A DNA stretch of 64,000 bases from Alphaproteobacteria bacterium (GCA_965227515.1 CBDDFZ010000001.1:1-64000), one strand, 5' to 3'; shown: positions 18,271 through 28,750, numbered from the stretch's first letter. A program made the numbers and translations. Notes: generated from the letters alone by a model not told the origin.

Positions 18271-18960
18271 TTAGTTCGGGTCCGCGCGCAGCAGCCTGCG
18301 TATCGTATCCAGGTTGAAGGCCCGGCGCTCGGCCAGCCGTTCCGGGGCCATCAGGTCGCGGTCGTAGATCACCGATCCCGTGTACTGGTTGTTGAAGTAG
18401 TAATAGCCAATGGCAGCGATGGTGATGTTGAGCTGCACCGCATCGACGCCGGGGCGGAACACGCCCTTGGCCACGCCGCGATCGATGATCGACTGCACCA
18501 TCTCGATGAACGGCGGAAACGCCTGCCGGATCGGGTCCGACGCCTTTACGTGGCGGGCCTTGTGCAAATTCGCGCTGTTCACCAGGTTCAGGAATTCGGG
18601 GTTGTCCAGGTAATAGTTCCAGGTGAAGTCGACCAGCCGGTCCATCGCCTCTTCCGGCTCCATGTCCTCCAGGTGCAGGTTCCGCTCCGCCGTGCGGATG
18701 TCGATATAGGCCTCCTGCAGGACGGCGATGAACAGCTTATCCTTGCCGCCGAAATAGTGATAAATCATGCGCTTGTTGGCCTTGGCCAGGGCAGCGATGC
18801 GGTCCACCCGGGCGCCGCTGAGACCATGCTGGGCGAACTCGCGCTTGGCCGCCTTCAACAGCCTGGTACGCGTGGCTTCCGCGTCGCGGCTGCGCTTGCC
18901 CGCCGCGGATTTGGTGGGCGCCTTGTTGTGCCCGGTCTTTTCGGGCGCTGTCGTTGTCAT
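18271..18960 (-). CDS. TetR/AcrR-family transcriptional regulator
   Basis: EFAQHGLSGARVDRIAALAKANKRMIYHYFGGKDKLF HTH. Confidence 0.92.
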   Translation of the reverse strand: MTTTAPEKTGHNKAPTKSAAGKRSRDAEATRTRLLKAAKREFAQHGLSGARVDRIAALAKANKRMIYHYFGGKDKLFIAVLQEAYIDIRTAERNLHLEDMEPEEAMDRLVDFTWNYYLDNPEFLNLVNSANLHKARHVKASDPIRQAFPPFIEMVQSIIDRGVAKGVFRPGVDAVQLNITIAAIGYYYFNNQYTGSVIYDRDLMAPERLAERRAFNLDTIRRLLRADPN

Positions 18961-19053
18961 TGGTGTCTCCCCGCGGCGCATGTCCCGCAGGCGGCGTGCC
19001 GCCGGGGCTTGCGCACTTTTTATGTTGGGCTTGCCTCTTCCGGGCCATTCGAA

Positions 19054-19073
19054 ATAACGAACCGGTTAGTTAT
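19054..19073. promoter_or_regulatory. Putative TetR operator, 18/20 palindrome ATAACGAACCGGTTAGTTAT
   Basis: Lies between the divergent tetR and GMC genes; a related site occurs at 20834-20853. Confidence 0.6.
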
Positions 19074-19194
19074 ATAAGTGCTGGGCAGGCTTGCAAAGTC
19101 GACCGATATGGCCTGATATCTCACACAATGACGTCGCGCGCCAGGCAACTGGGTGCGCCGACGAAAACGACACAACAAGGCCTGCGGGGAGGTC

Positions 19195-20778
19195 ATGTAC
19201 GACTACATTATCGTCGGTGGAGGTGCCGCCGGGTGCGTCATCGCCACCCGGTTGGCGCAGCGCTCGGACGCGAAGATCCTGCTGCTGGAGGCGGGCCCGC
19301 GCGACACCGACCCGTATATCCACATGCCGGTCGGCTTCTTCAAGATGACCACCGGGCCGCTGACCTGGGGCTACAAGTCGGCGCCGCAACGGCACTGCCA
19401 GGGCCGCGAGATCCTGTTGCCGCAGGGCCGGGTGATCGGCGGCGGCAGCTCCATCAACGCCCAGGTGTTCACCCGCGGCGTGCCGCAGGACTATGACCGC
19501 TGGGCCAACGACGAAGGCTGCGCCGGCTGGGCGTTCGAGGACATCCGCAAGTACTTCGTCCGGTCGGAGGACAACGACACCTTCTGCAACGAGTGGCACG
19601 GCGTCGGCGGCCCGCAGGGTGCGTCCAGCCTGAACCCGCACCAGATGACGCGGGTGTTCGTGCAGGCCTGCCAGCAGTTCGGCATGCCCTACAATCCGGA
19701 CTTCAACGGCGCGCAACAGGAAGGTTGCGGCGTCTACCAGACCACCACCCGCAATGCCCGCCGCTGCTCAACCGCCGTGGGCTATCTGCGCCTGGTGGCC
19801 GACCGGCCCAATCTGACCACCGAGGTGAACGCGATGACCACCCGCGTCGTGGTGGAAAACGGGCGCGCCATCGGGGTCGACTACACCGTCAACGGCCAGC
19901 CCCGCACCGCCCGCGCCGCGCAGGAGGTGATCGTGGCCGCCGGCGCCATCGGCTCGCCGAAGCTGTTGATGCTGTCCGGCATCGGCCCGGCCGCGCACCT
20001 GCGCGAGTTCGGCATCGACGTGGTCGCCGACAGCCCCGGCGTCGGCCAGAACCTGCACGACCACTACGACCTCGACATCGTCTACGAACTGGCCAGCGCC
20101 AACAGCTACGACAAGTACAACAAGATCACCTGGAAGGTTTGGGCCGGCCTGCAATACAAGATGTTCAACGGCGGGCCGGTGGCCTCCAACCTCGCCGAGG
20201 GCGGGGCCTTCTGGTACGCCGACAAGGACGCCGAAACGCCGGATACCCAGTTCCACCTGATGGTAGGTGCCGGTGTCGAGGCCGGCGTGCCGCCGGTGCC
20301 CTCCGGCTCCGGGCTCACCCTCAACACCTATTTTCTGCGGCCGCGCAGTCGCGGCTCGGTGACCTTGAAGAGCGCCGACCACCGCGACGCGCCCATCATC
20401 GACCCCAACTACATCGACGATCCCTATGACCTGGAAATGTCGATCCGCGGGGTGAAGATGATGCGCGAGATCATGACCCAGCCGGTGTTCACCAAGCACC
20501 TGAAGGGCGAGCACTGGCCCGGCGACAGCATAAAGACCGACGCCGAGCTCGAGGAGTATGTGCGCCGGGTGGGCCGCACCTCCTATCACCATGTCGGCAC
20601 CTGCAAGATGGGCGTCGACGACATGGCGGTGGTCGACCCGCAGCTGCGGGTGAACGGCATCGAGCAGTTGCGGGTCTGCGACAGCTCGGTGATGCCGTCG
20701 ATCGTCAGCTCGAACACCAACGCCCCGTCGATCATGATCGGCGAGAAAGCCAGCGACCTGATCCTCGCCGCGGCCTGA
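19195..20778 (+). CDS. GMC-family FAD oxidoreductase
   Basis: IVGGGAAG, GRVIGGGSSINA, LLMLSGIG, VGQNLHDH, YHHVGTCKMG and NTNAPSIMIGEK. Confidence 0.95.
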   Translation: MYDYIIVGGGAAGCVIATRLAQRSDAKILLLEAGPRDTDPYIHMPVGFFKMTTGPLTWGYKSAPQRHCQGREILLPQGRVIGGGSSINAQVFTRGVPQDYDRWANDEGCAGWAFEDIRKYFVRSEDNDTFCNEWHGVGGPQGASSLNPHQMTRVFVQACQQFGMPYNPDFNGAQQEGCGVYQTTTRNARRCSTAVGYLRLVADRPNLTTEVNAMTTRVVVENGRAIGVDYTVNGQPRTARAAQEVIVAAGAIGSPKLLMLSGIGPAAHLREFGIDVVADSPGVGQNLHDHYDLDIVYELASANSYDKYNKITWKVWAGLQYKMFNGGPVASNLAEGGAFWYADKDAETPDTQFHLMVGAGVEAGVPPVPSGSGLTLNTYFLRPRSRGSVTLKSADHRDAPIIDPNYIDDPYDLEMSIRGVKMMREIMTQPVFTKHLKGEHWPGDSIKTDAELEEYVRRVGRTSYHHVGTCKMGVDDMAVVDPQLRVNGIEQLRVCDSSVMPSIVSSNTNAPSIMIGEKASDLILAAA

Positions 20779-20833
20779 GCGCGCGAGGCCCTCGCCGCGT
20801 GTCAGCGGCGATTGACTCGGATCGGCGCATCCA

Positions 20834-20853
20834 ATAAGTAACCAGTTAGTGCA
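20834..20853. promoter_or_regulatory. Second putative TetR operator (ATAAGTAACCAGTTAGTGCA)
   Basis: 14/20 identical to 19054-19073; upstream of the binding-protein gene. Confidence 0.45.
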
Positions 20854-20938
20854 CTCGTTCGTTTTCGCTGGGGCCAAGTCTGCGTCCTGCGCAGACAACG
20901 CCAAAAAAGACACCAATAACGTGTCATGGGAGGAAGCA

Positions 20939-22024
20939 ATGACTGACATCAAGAAATCCAGGTCAGCACAGTTCACGCGTCGCGGCGTCCTGCAGGGCGC
21001 GGCGGGCACCGCCGGCTTCGCCGCGATGGCTTCCATGCTGCCGCGCGACGTGCTGGCGCAGCCGTCCGAATGGACGCTGGTCAATTCCATGCGTTCGGTG
21101 GCGAACCCGTATCACGCGACGTTTGCAGAGGGCGGGCGCATGTTCGCCGAATGGCTGGGCGCCGAATACGAAGTGCTGGTGACCGAGGGCAACTCGGAAA
21201 AGGGCATCGCCGACATCCGCGCCATGCTGGCGCGCACCGGCGGCAACATGGTGCTGAACGTCGACCCGAACGACAGCCCAGACGCCCGCATCATCGTCGA
21301 AGACTGCGCCGCGGCCGGCGCCTATGTCGTCACCCAGTGGAACAAGCCCGACGACCTGCACCCGTGGGACTTCGACCCGCACTATGTCGCGCATATGTCG
21401 TTCGACGGCGTGCCCAGCTCCAAGGCGGTGGCCGAGGAACTGTTCAGCCGCATGGGCGGCTCCGGCGGCATCGTCGCGCTCGGCGGCATCCTGGCCAACG
21501 TGCCGGCCATCGAGCGCAAGCTCGGCCTCGACATGGCGATCGAGGAGAACGGCAATGTCGAGCTGCTGGACTTCCAGCCGGCGGACTGGAACGAGACCAA
21601 GGCGTTCGAAATCATGCAGGCCTGGATCACCCGCTTCGGCAGCGACATCAAGGGCGTGTGGGCGGCCAATGACGGCATGGGCATCGGCGCCCTGGAGGCG
21701 CTGCGCCAGGAAGGTCTGGCCGGCGAGGTGCTGGTCACCGGCATCGACGGCATCGACGCCGCCGTGCAGGCGATCAAGGACGGCGAGTTCGCCGGCACCG
21801 TGGCCTGGGACCCGCTGTGGACCGGCGGCATGGGCCTGTCCATCGGTTACCACAGTGCCACCGGCGAGATCGACATCGCCAGCGAGGGCCACGAGCACCG
21901 CGAGTTCTACGGCACCGGCATCCTTCTGACCGAGTCCACGGTCGGCGACTACGGCGCGCCGGACGAGCCCGACTACACTGACTTCTGGGGCAAGGCCCAG
22001 GGCCAGATCCAGTATCGCGGCTAA
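20939..22024 (+). CDS. Sugar ABC transporter substrate-binding protein with Tat signal
   Basis: FTRRGVL signal; NPYH, VWAANDGMGIGA and VTGIDG (Peripla_BP_4 type). Confidence 0.9.
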   Translation: MTDIKKSRSAQFTRRGVLQGAAGTAGFAAMASMLPRDVLAQPSEWTLVNSMRSVANPYHATFAEGGRMFAEWLGAEYEVLVTEGNSEKGIADIRAMLARTGGNMVLNVDPNDSPDARIIVEDCAAAGAYVVTQWNKPDDLHPWDFDPHYVAHMSFDGVPSSKAVAEELFSRMGGSGGIVALGGILANVPAIERKLGLDMAIEENGNVELLDFQPADWNETKAFEIMQAWITRFGSDIKGVWAANDGMGIGALEALRQEGLAGEVLVTGIDGIDAAVQAIKDGEFAGTVAWDPLWTGGMGLSIGYHSATGEIDIASEGHEHREFYGTGILLTESTVGDYGAPDEPDYTDFWGKAQGQIQYRG

Positions 22025-22122
22025 GGCGCCTCACTCTCACAATGTCGCCCTCGCCTTTGTGGCGAGGGCGGCGGAGGGGCCTGTGACGTGAAAGCGCGGG
22101 TCACTGGCTGGGGACACACCCC

Positions 22123-23112
22123 ATGACTGACACGGCGGGGGACGGTCAGACGACGCTGGCGGCGCGAGTCTATCGCCACCGCGCCTGGGCACCCGTGGCG
22201 GTGCTGGTGCTGATCTGCATCGCCATCGCCATCGACAATCCGCGTTTCGCCGAAATCTCCAATCTGGTGCGGCTGCTGAATGCCGCCGCGGTGCCCATCG
22301 TGCTCGCCATGGGCATGACGTTCGTCATCCTGCTCGGCTCCATCGACCTGTCGCTGGAGGGCGTGGTCGCCGTCTGCTCGGTGCTGACCGCGATGATGGT
22401 GACCAACGACTTCACCTCGCTGGAACTCAGCTTCTTGGCGGTGCCGGCAGCGGTCCTGCTCGGTGTCCTGGTCGGCGGGCTCAACGGCGTCGCCCACGTG
22501 AAGCTGCGCGTGCCGTCGTTCATGACCACGTTGGGCGTCGGCTTCGCCTGCGTCGGCATCGCCACCGCCGTGCTGCAGGGCGACACCGTGCGCGTGTCCG
22601 ACAAGCTGTTCCGCGACATGGCGCTGGCCCGCTTCCTCGGCATTCCGGCCGGCGTCTACCTGGCCGCCGCCGCGGTGCTGGTCGCGCTGTTCATCCAGGA
22701 GCGCACCCGCGTCGGCCGCTGGATATACGCGCTCGGCGGCGACGAGGCGGTGGCCGCCCAGGCCGGCGTGCCGATCCAGCGCACCCGCATCACCACCTTC
22801 GCCATCGCCGGCGGCTTCTTCGGGCTGGCCGGCGCCATGGTGGCAGCCCAGCTCGGCCAGGGCCATGCGCTGGTCGGCCAGGGCCGGTTGTTCACCACCG
22901 TCACCGCGGTGGTGGTCGGCGGCACCGCGCTTTCGGGCGGCGTCGGCTCGGTGCTCAACTCGGTGGTCGGCGTGCTGATCGTGGTGACGCTGTCCAACGG
23001 CATGGTGCTGATGGGCATCGACCCGTTCGTGCAGACCGGCGTGCAGGGCATTCTGATCATCATCGCGGTCGCGCTGGCGCTCGACCGCTCGCGCCTGTCG
23101 TTTATCAAGTAG
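22123..23112 (+). CDS. Sugar ABC transporter permease
   Basis: GSIDLS, PSFMTTLG and AVVVGGTALSGGVG (BPD_transp_2). Confidence 0.93.
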   Translation: MTDTAGDGQTTLAARVYRHRAWAPVAVLVLICIAIAIDNPRFAEISNLVRLLNAAAVPIVLAMGMTFVILLGSIDLSLEGVVAVCSVLTAMMVTNDFTSLELSFLAVPAAVLLGVLVGGLNGVAHVKLRVPSFMTTLGVGFACVGIATAVLQGDTVRVSDKLFRDMALARFLGIPAGVYLAAAAVLVALFIQERTRVGRWIYALGGDEAVAAQAGVPIQRTRITTFAIAGGFFGLAGAMVAAQLGQGHALVGQGRLFTTVTAVVVGGTALSGGVGSVLNSVVGVLIVVTLSNGMVLMGIDPFVQTGVQGILIIIAVALALDRSRLSFIK

Positions 23113-23120
23113 GCGCGGCC

Positions 23121-24635
23121 ATGACCCCTGTGCTGGAAATCCGCAACGTCTCCAAGTCCTTCCCCGGCGTGAAGGCGCTGGACGACGTCACCATCGAGAT
23201 CCGCCCCAACGAGGTGGTCGGCCTGATCGGCGAGAACGGCGCCGGCAAGTCGACGCTGCTGAAGGCGCTGACCGGCGTCTACGACCTGGACGAGGGCGAG
23301 ATCAGGGTCAACGGCACGCCGCAGCACCTGAAGGGGCCGCGCGACGCCTTCAACCACGGCGTGGTGATGGTGTTCCAGGAGCAGTCGATCCTGCCGACGC
23401 TGACCATCGCGGAGAACATCTTCCTCGCCCGCGAGGAGGAGTTCCTGCGCTTCGGCGTGCTCGACAAGGCGGCGATGAACGCAGCCGCGAAAGAGGAGCT
23501 GGCCAAGGTCCATCTCGATCTGTCGCCGTCGACGCTGTGCGCCAAGCTCAGCTTCGGCGAGCGCCAGATGGTGGAGATCGCCAAGGCGCTGTCGCTGGAC
23601 AGTCGCACCGAGGGCGACATCGTCATCCTGCTCGACGAGCCGACCTCCGTGCTGGAGGCGAAAGAGGTCGAGCTGTTGTTCGAGATCGTGCGCGAGCTGA
23701 AGTCGCGCGCCGCCTTCGTATTCATCTCCCATCGGCTCGACGAGGTGCTGTCGATCTCCGACCGCATCTACGTGCTGCGCGACGGTGCGTGCGTCGGCGA
23801 GATGCCGGCGGCCGACGCCGACCTCGCCACCCTGCACCAACTGATGGTCGGCCGCGCGCTGCACCACGAATACTACCGCGAGGGTCGGCAGGGCGAGCCC
23901 GCCGCCGACGTGGCGATCGAGGCCCGCAACATTTCCTCGCGCGCCGGATTTCAGGACGTGTCGTTCAGTGTGCGGCGCGGCGAGATCCTGGGCATCGCCG
24001 GTGTCATCGGCTCCGGGCGCGAGGCGCTGGCCCGCGCCATTGCCGGGCTGGACCGGATCGACAGCGGCGAACTGCTGGTCGACGGCAGGCCCGTCCACTT
24101 CCACGGCGCGCCGTCCGCGGTCGACCATGGCGTCGGCTACCTGCCGCGCGAGCGAAAGATCGAGGGCATCGTCGCCGGCATGCCGGTGGTCGAGAACATG
24201 ACCATGGCGGCGATCGGCAAGTATTTGAACCCGGTCGGCCTGATCCGCCATGCCGCCGAGCGGGCGACCGCGAAGACGTGGATCGACAAGCTGAGCATCC
24301 GCACCCCGTCCGCCGACACCTTCGCCGGCTCGCTGAGCGGCGGCAACCAGCAGAAGGTGGCGCTGTCGAAATGGCGCATCGCCGGGTCGGCGGTGATGGT
24401 GCTGGACCACCCGACGCGCGGCATCGATGTCGGCGCCAAGGAGGACGTCTACGAACTGATCCGCGATATGACGGAGGAGGGGCTCGCCATCATCCTGCTC
24501 GGCGACACGCTGGAAGAGGTGATCGGCCTCAGCCACACGGTGCTGGTGATGAAGGACGGCCGGGTCTCGGCCCGGTTCGACGCGCCGGCCGGCGGCAAGC
24601 CGAGCCAGATCGACCTCATCTCGCACATGGTCTGA
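23121..24635 (+). CDS. Sugar ABC transporter ATP-binding protein (two ABC domains)
   Basis: GENGAGKST, LLDEPT, LSGGNQQKV and PTRGIDVGAK. Confidence 0.95.
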   Translation: MTPVLEIRNVSKSFPGVKALDDVTIEIRPNEVVGLIGENGAGKSTLLKALTGVYDLDEGEIRVNGTPQHLKGPRDAFNHGVVMVFQEQSILPTLTIAENIFLAREEEFLRFGVLDKAAMNAAAKEELAKVHLDLSPSTLCAKLSFGERQMVEIAKALSLDSRTEGDIVILLDEPTSVLEAKEVELLFEIVRELKSRAAFVFISHRLDEVLSISDRIYVLRDGACVGEMPAADADLATLHQLMVGRALHHEYYREGRQGEPAADVAIEARNISSRAGFQDVSFSVRRGEILGIAGVIGSGREALARAIAGLDRIDSGELLVDGRPVHFHGAPSAVDHGVGYLPRERKIEGIVAGMPVVENMTMAAIGKYLNPVGLIRHAAERATAKTWIDKLSIRTPSADTFAGSLSGGNQQKVALSKWRIAGSAVMVLDHPTRGIDVGAKEDVYELIRDMTEEGLAIILLGDTLEEVIGLSHTVLVMKDGRVSARFDAPAGGKPSQIDLISHMV

Positions 24636-24656
24636 CGATGCAAGTCCAACCCTCAT

Positions 24657-24783
24657 CGTCATTGCGAGGAGCGGCGCCCACGTTCGGCGTGGGTGGCGCG
24701 ACGCGGCAATCCAGAGCAACATTTGCACCATCACGGCAATCGCCTGGATCGCCGCGCCTGCTGTTGCAGGCTCGCGATGACGG
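24657..24783. repeat. REP-like intergenic element, family B, copy 1
   Basis: cgtcattgcgaggagc...gcgacgcggcaatccagagcaa...cacggcaatcgcctggat...ctcgcgatgacgg; matches 33089-33195. Confidence 0.85.
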
Positions 24784-24801
24784 CATGGGTGGTATTGCCC
24801 C

Positions 24802-25752
24802 ATGAACCCCGACCTCAAACGCCGCCTGACCGCCCAGATCCCGCTCGGCATGCTGGTGCTGCTGGTCGTCGCCGTCGGCGCGGTGGAGCCGACGTTCTTC
24901 ACCGGCCAGGCCCTGCTCGGCCTGATGGCCGACACCATGACCCTGTTCCTGATGGCCTCCGGCGCCACCTTCGTCATCATGATGGGCGGCATCGACCTCA
25001 GCGTGCAGGCCATTGCCTCGATGACCAGCGTCATCCTGGCCTTCTTCCTACCGGAGCTGGGGCTGCTGGCGATCCTGTTGGCGATCCTTGCCGGCACCGC
25101 GGCCGGCGCCGTCGGCGGCTGCAGCCACACCATGCTGCGCATCCCCTCGTTCATCGCGACGCTGGCGGTGGGCGGCGTGATGCTGGCGATTGCCTATCTG
25201 TTTTCCGGTGCCGGCTCGGTCAGCGTCTCCGGCGACGACCGCGACGCCTATCTGAGCTGGATGGTCGGCGACGTCTGGGGCGTCGACAACGAGATCCTGA
25301 TCGGCCTCGTCGTGTTGCTGGCCCTTCTGTTCGTCGAGATCATGACCCCCTTCGGCCGGTTCTGCCGCGCGGTCGGCTCCGGCGAGCAGGCGGTCGCGGC
25401 GTCCGGCGTGCGGGTCAACCGGGTCAAGATCTACGCCTTCATCCTGTCCGGCACGACCGCCGGGTTCTCCGGCGCGCTGATGGCCGCCCGTCTCGGCTCC
25501 GGCTCGCCGACCCTGGCCAACGAGTTCCTGCTGCCGGCGATTGCCGCCATCATCGTTGGCGGTACCGCGCTGACCGGCGGCGTCGGCGGCATCTGGCGCA
25601 CCTTCATCGGCGCGCTGATCATCGTGATCGTGCGAGTCGGCATGACCTTCCTGGGCGTCGACGTGTTCTGGCACCAGATCGTGTTCGGCGTCGTACTGGT
25701 GATCGCCGTTGCCGCCACCATCGACCGCTCCAAGATCCAGATCGTGAAATAG
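24802..25752 (+). CDS. Sugar ABC transporter permease (second)
   Basis: GGIDLSV, PSFIATLA and IIVGGTALTGGVG. Confidence 0.92.
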   Translation: MNPDLKRRLTAQIPLGMLVLLVVAVGAVEPTFFTGQALLGLMADTMTLFLMASGATFVIMMGGIDLSVQAIASMTSVILAFFLPELGLLAILLAILAGTAAGAVGGCSHTMLRIPSFIATLAVGGVMLAIAYLFSGAGSVSVSGDDRDAYLSWMVGDVWGVDNEILIGLVVLLALLFVEIMTPFGRFCRAVGSGEQAVAASGVRVNRVKIYAFILSGTTAGFSGALMAARLGSGSPTLANEFLLPAIAAIIVGGTALTGGVGGIWRTFIGALIIVIVRVGMTFLGVDVFWHQIVFGVVLVIAVAATIDRSKIQIVK

Positions 25753-25840
25753 CCCCCGATCCGCCGGGAAATGACCGTTGGAACCGGGCACGGCATCAAG
25801 CCGTTTTGCACATGGCCCGGATACTGCTATTTTCGCGTTC

Positions 25841-27070
25841 ATGAGTCGTTGTTGGAACATCGCGTCGCAACTTGCTGGAATCACGTTGCTTTGTGCGGCG
25901 TGGTCCGCGTCCGCCCAGGCCGACCAGGTCCAGGACTGCGTCCAGGGCACGGATGTACCCGGTTACGACGCCGCCGGGGTCGACTGGCGCCGAATGGTCG
26001 CGGGCTGCAGCGGCATCATCGATTCCGGCCGCTGGGACGGTGCACGCTTGGCCTGGGCCCATAACAACCGTGGCCATGCCTATCGCCACCTGGGCCAGCA
26101 CGGCCCCGCCATCGCCGACTACACCCGCGCGCTCGAGCTCGACCCGGCCCACGTCAACGCCTACGTCAACCGCGCCGTGTCGCGCGACCAGACCGGCGAC
26201 CACGCCGGCGCCATCGCCGACTACAACAGCGCGCTGCGGCTCGACCCGTCGCGCGAGTATGCCAAGATCGGGCGGTCCTTCGCACAGAACGCGCTGGCCT
26301 GGGACCATTACCTCAGCGGCCAGCCGGCGGACGGGCTCGCCTTGATCGAGGCCGCCCTCGCCCAGGACCGCAGCAACCCGGATTTTCTCGATACCCGCGC
26401 CCACATCCTGGCCGCCCTCGGCCGCACAGATGCGGCACTGGAGACGTTCGAGGCGGCGGCCGCCGCCGGCAATGCCGATCTGATACGTGACTACCAGCAG
26501 GCACTGCAGCGACACGGCCTCGACCCCGGCCCGGTCGACGGCGCCTATGGCGGCGCCACGCGCACCGCGCTCGCGGCCTGCGTCCAGTCTGGCTGCCGGC
26601 TGCTGGATGGCCCCGCGGCGGGCACCGGCCCCGTGGTGGCCTCGGTCGACGTGGCGCCCCCCAGCGGCACCGCCGCCGGACCGCAACCGCGCCCAGCGGC
26701 CGGCGTGGCCTTGCCGGCCCTGTCGCCGTTCCACGCCGACGCATCGGGTCTGCCGCAATTCGCGCCGGCGCAACGGCTCCCCGAGAATATGCTGGTCGCA
26801 GATGTTGCGGCCGACACCGACGTCAGCATCGCCGACCTTCTGGTCCGGGCCGACAGCATTGGCCAGGCCAACAATCCGGGCGGCGACTTCCCGGCCCCGC
26901 CGGCGCTCGCGCCCTGGGGCCCCTCGCCCGCGCAGGTTATCGCGTCGTCGGGCCCCTCCGACATTCCGACCCTGGAATGGAATGGCGTGCCCAGCCAGCC
27001 GGACGTGCCGCCGACACCGGCGCTGGCCCCGGCCAACCGGGCACCCATCGTCGGCATTTCCGAATTGTAA
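25841..27070 (+). CDS. Secreted TPR protein with peptidoglycan-binding-like domain and Pro/Ala-rich tail
   Basis: Signal ending AQA-D; TPRs (AIADYTRALELDP, AIADYNSALRLDP); QQALQRHGLDPGPVDGAYGGATRTAL (PG_binding_1-like). Confidence 0.75.
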   Translation: MSRCWNIASQLAGITLLCAAWSASAQADQVQDCVQGTDVPGYDAAGVDWRRMVAGCSGIIDSGRWDGARLAWAHNNRGHAYRHLGQHGPAIADYTRALELDPAHVNAYVNRAVSRDQTGDHAGAIADYNSALRLDPSREYAKIGRSFAQNALAWDHYLSGQPADGLALIEAALAQDRSNPDFLDTRAHILAALGRTDAALETFEAAAAAGNADLIRDYQQALQRHGLDPGPVDGAYGGATRTALAACVQSGCRLLDGPAAGTGPVVASVDVAPPSGTAAGPQPRPAAGVALPALSPFHADASGLPQFAPAQRLPENMLVADVAADTDVSIADLLVRADSIGQANNPGGDFPAPPALAPWGPSPAQVIASSGPSDIPTLEWNGVPSQPDVPPTPALAPANRAPIVGISEL

Positions 27071-27190
27071 TCGCGCTGGCGGGCGCCTCACCCAGATGTG
27101 AGGCTTTGTCAGCAGAACCTTGCGGTTGAATCCGGGTTAATCGGATCACCGGCAATTACCCATGCCGGCCACCACAAGGAGACGCCCGCC

Positions 27191-27652
27191 ATGTCCCGCG
27201 CCATGCGAACCATCATGTCCATCGTCGCCGCCATGCTCTTCGCCGGCAGCGCCCTGGCAGATGGGCTTGTCGACAAGACTAGCCCCTACGGCGCCGTGGA
27301 GACCATCGATCGACTGCAGGCGGTGGTGGAGAACGCGGGCGCAACCGTGGTGGCCCGGGTCGACCATGCAGGTGCGGCGGCCGGCGCCGACATGGAACTG
27401 CGGCCGACCAGCCTCATCATCTTTGGCAATCCCAGGCTCGGCACCCCGCTGATGCAGCTCAGCCAATCGATGGGCGTGGCGCTGCCCCTGCGGGTCGCCG
27501 CTTACGAGGACGAGGCGGGCGCCACCCACCTGGTCTATGAGGACATCGTCGAACTGGCCGAGGACCACGGCATCGACCCCAATGACCCGGCGGTGCAGAA
27601 CGTTGCCGAAAAGCTGAATGCGCTCACCGATATGGCCCTGGCAGCCGAATAG
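27191..27652 (+). CDS. DUF302-domain periplasmic protein
   Basis: Signal peptide; ARVDHAGAA, IFGNPRLGTPLMQ and LPLRV. Confidence 0.88.
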   Translation: MSRAMRTIMSIVAAMLFAGSALADGLVDKTSPYGAVETIDRLQAVVENAGATVVARVDHAGAAAGADMELRPTSLIIFGNPRLGTPLMQLSQSMGVALPLRVAAYEDEAGATHLVYEDIVELAEDHGIDPNDPAVQNVAEKLNALTDMALAAE

Positions 27653-27661
27653 CCCAACGGA

Positions 27662-28750
27662 TCACTCCCCGGCGCGCAACGGCGGACCCATGGGTGCTGT
27701 GACACCGACGCCGGCGTGCGCGATCGGCGCCAGGTAGGACAGGAACAGCTCGGCGCAGTGGTGCCACGAGAAGCCCTGGGCATAGGCGCGGCACCGGGCC
27801 GAGGGGATGGCCAGCGCGCCGCGCGCCGCGCGGCCCAGGTCGTTGTCCAGCACGCCGACCGGACCGCCCGCCGCGCCGGCGCTCATCTTGGCTTCACCGA
27901 TCACGTCCAGCGGACCGGGCACCGGGTAGGCCGCTACCGGCACGCCCGATGCCAGCGCCTCCAGCATCACCAGGCCGAACGTGTCGGTCCGGCTGGGAAA
28001 CACGAACACGTCCGCCGACGCATAGTGGCGGGCGAGGTCCTCGCCGAACATGGCGCCGGCGAAATGCGCTTCCGGATGGCGCTGGCGCAGTTCGCCGAGC
28101 TGCGGGCCGTCGCCGACCACGACCTTGGTACCGGGCAGTTCCAGGTCCAGAAAAGCCGAGATGTTCTTCTCCACCGCCACCCGGCCGACATAGAGGAACA
28201 CCGGCGGCGGCAGCTTGGCGAGCGCGCCCTCCCGTCCGCGGCGCGGCCGGAACAGGCTGGTGTCGACGCCCCGGCACCACAGCTTGGTGTTCGCGAACCC
28301 GCGCGCCGCAAGCTCGCGCCGCACGGTATCGGTCGCCACCATCACCCGTGCCGCGGGGCGGTGGAACCGGCGCAGCCAGGCATAGCTGATGGCCACCGGC
28401 AGGCGCGTGCGCGCGTGCACGTACTCGGGGAACTTGGTGTGGAACGAGGTGGTGAACGGACGGCGCGTGCGCAGGCAGCACCTGCGGGCGGCCATGCCCA
28501 ACGGCCCCTCGGTGGCGATGTGGATGGCATCAGGCGCGAATGCCTCCAGCCGCGCCGCAAGCCGCCCGCCGGGGAACAGCGCCAGCCTGATCTCCGGGTA
28601 GCTGGGGCATGGCATGGTGCGGAACCCGTCCGGCGAGATGACCTCCACCTCATGGCCGATGCCGCGCAGTTCGTCGGCGATGCGGCCCAGCGTGCGTACT
28701 ACGCCGTTGACCTGCGGCGCCCAGGCGTCGGTGACGATGGCGATGCGCAT
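27662..28750 (-). CDS. agt: GT4 glycosyltransferase, Agt-like (glycolipid synthase candidate)
   Basis: TDAWAPQVNGVVRTL, HIATEGPLG, YVGRVAVEKN and FPSRTDTFGLVMLEA; TGATG overlap with the upstream phosphoesterase. Confidence 0.7.
   Translation of the reverse strand: MRIAIVTDAWAPQVNGVVRTLGRIADELRGIGHEVEVISPDGFRTMPCPSYPEIRLALFPGGRLAARLEAFAPDAIHIATEGPLGMAARRCCLRTRRPFTTSFHTKFPEYVHARTRLPVAISYAWLRRFHRPAARVMVATDTVRRELAARGFANTKLWCRGVDTSLFRPRRGREGALAKLPPPVFLYVGRVAVEKNISAFLDLELPGTKVVVGDGPQLGELRQRHPEAHFAGAMFGEDLARHYASADVFVFPSRTDTFGLVMLEALASGVPVAAYPVPGPLDVIGEAKMSAGAAGGPVGVLDNDLGRAARGALAIPSARCRAYAQGFSWHHCAELFLSYLAPIAHAGVGVTAPMGPPLRAGE

Noticed and set aside
19195-20778. Calling the GMC enzyme betA
   Set aside because: The motifs are family-wide and no betB or betI context is present
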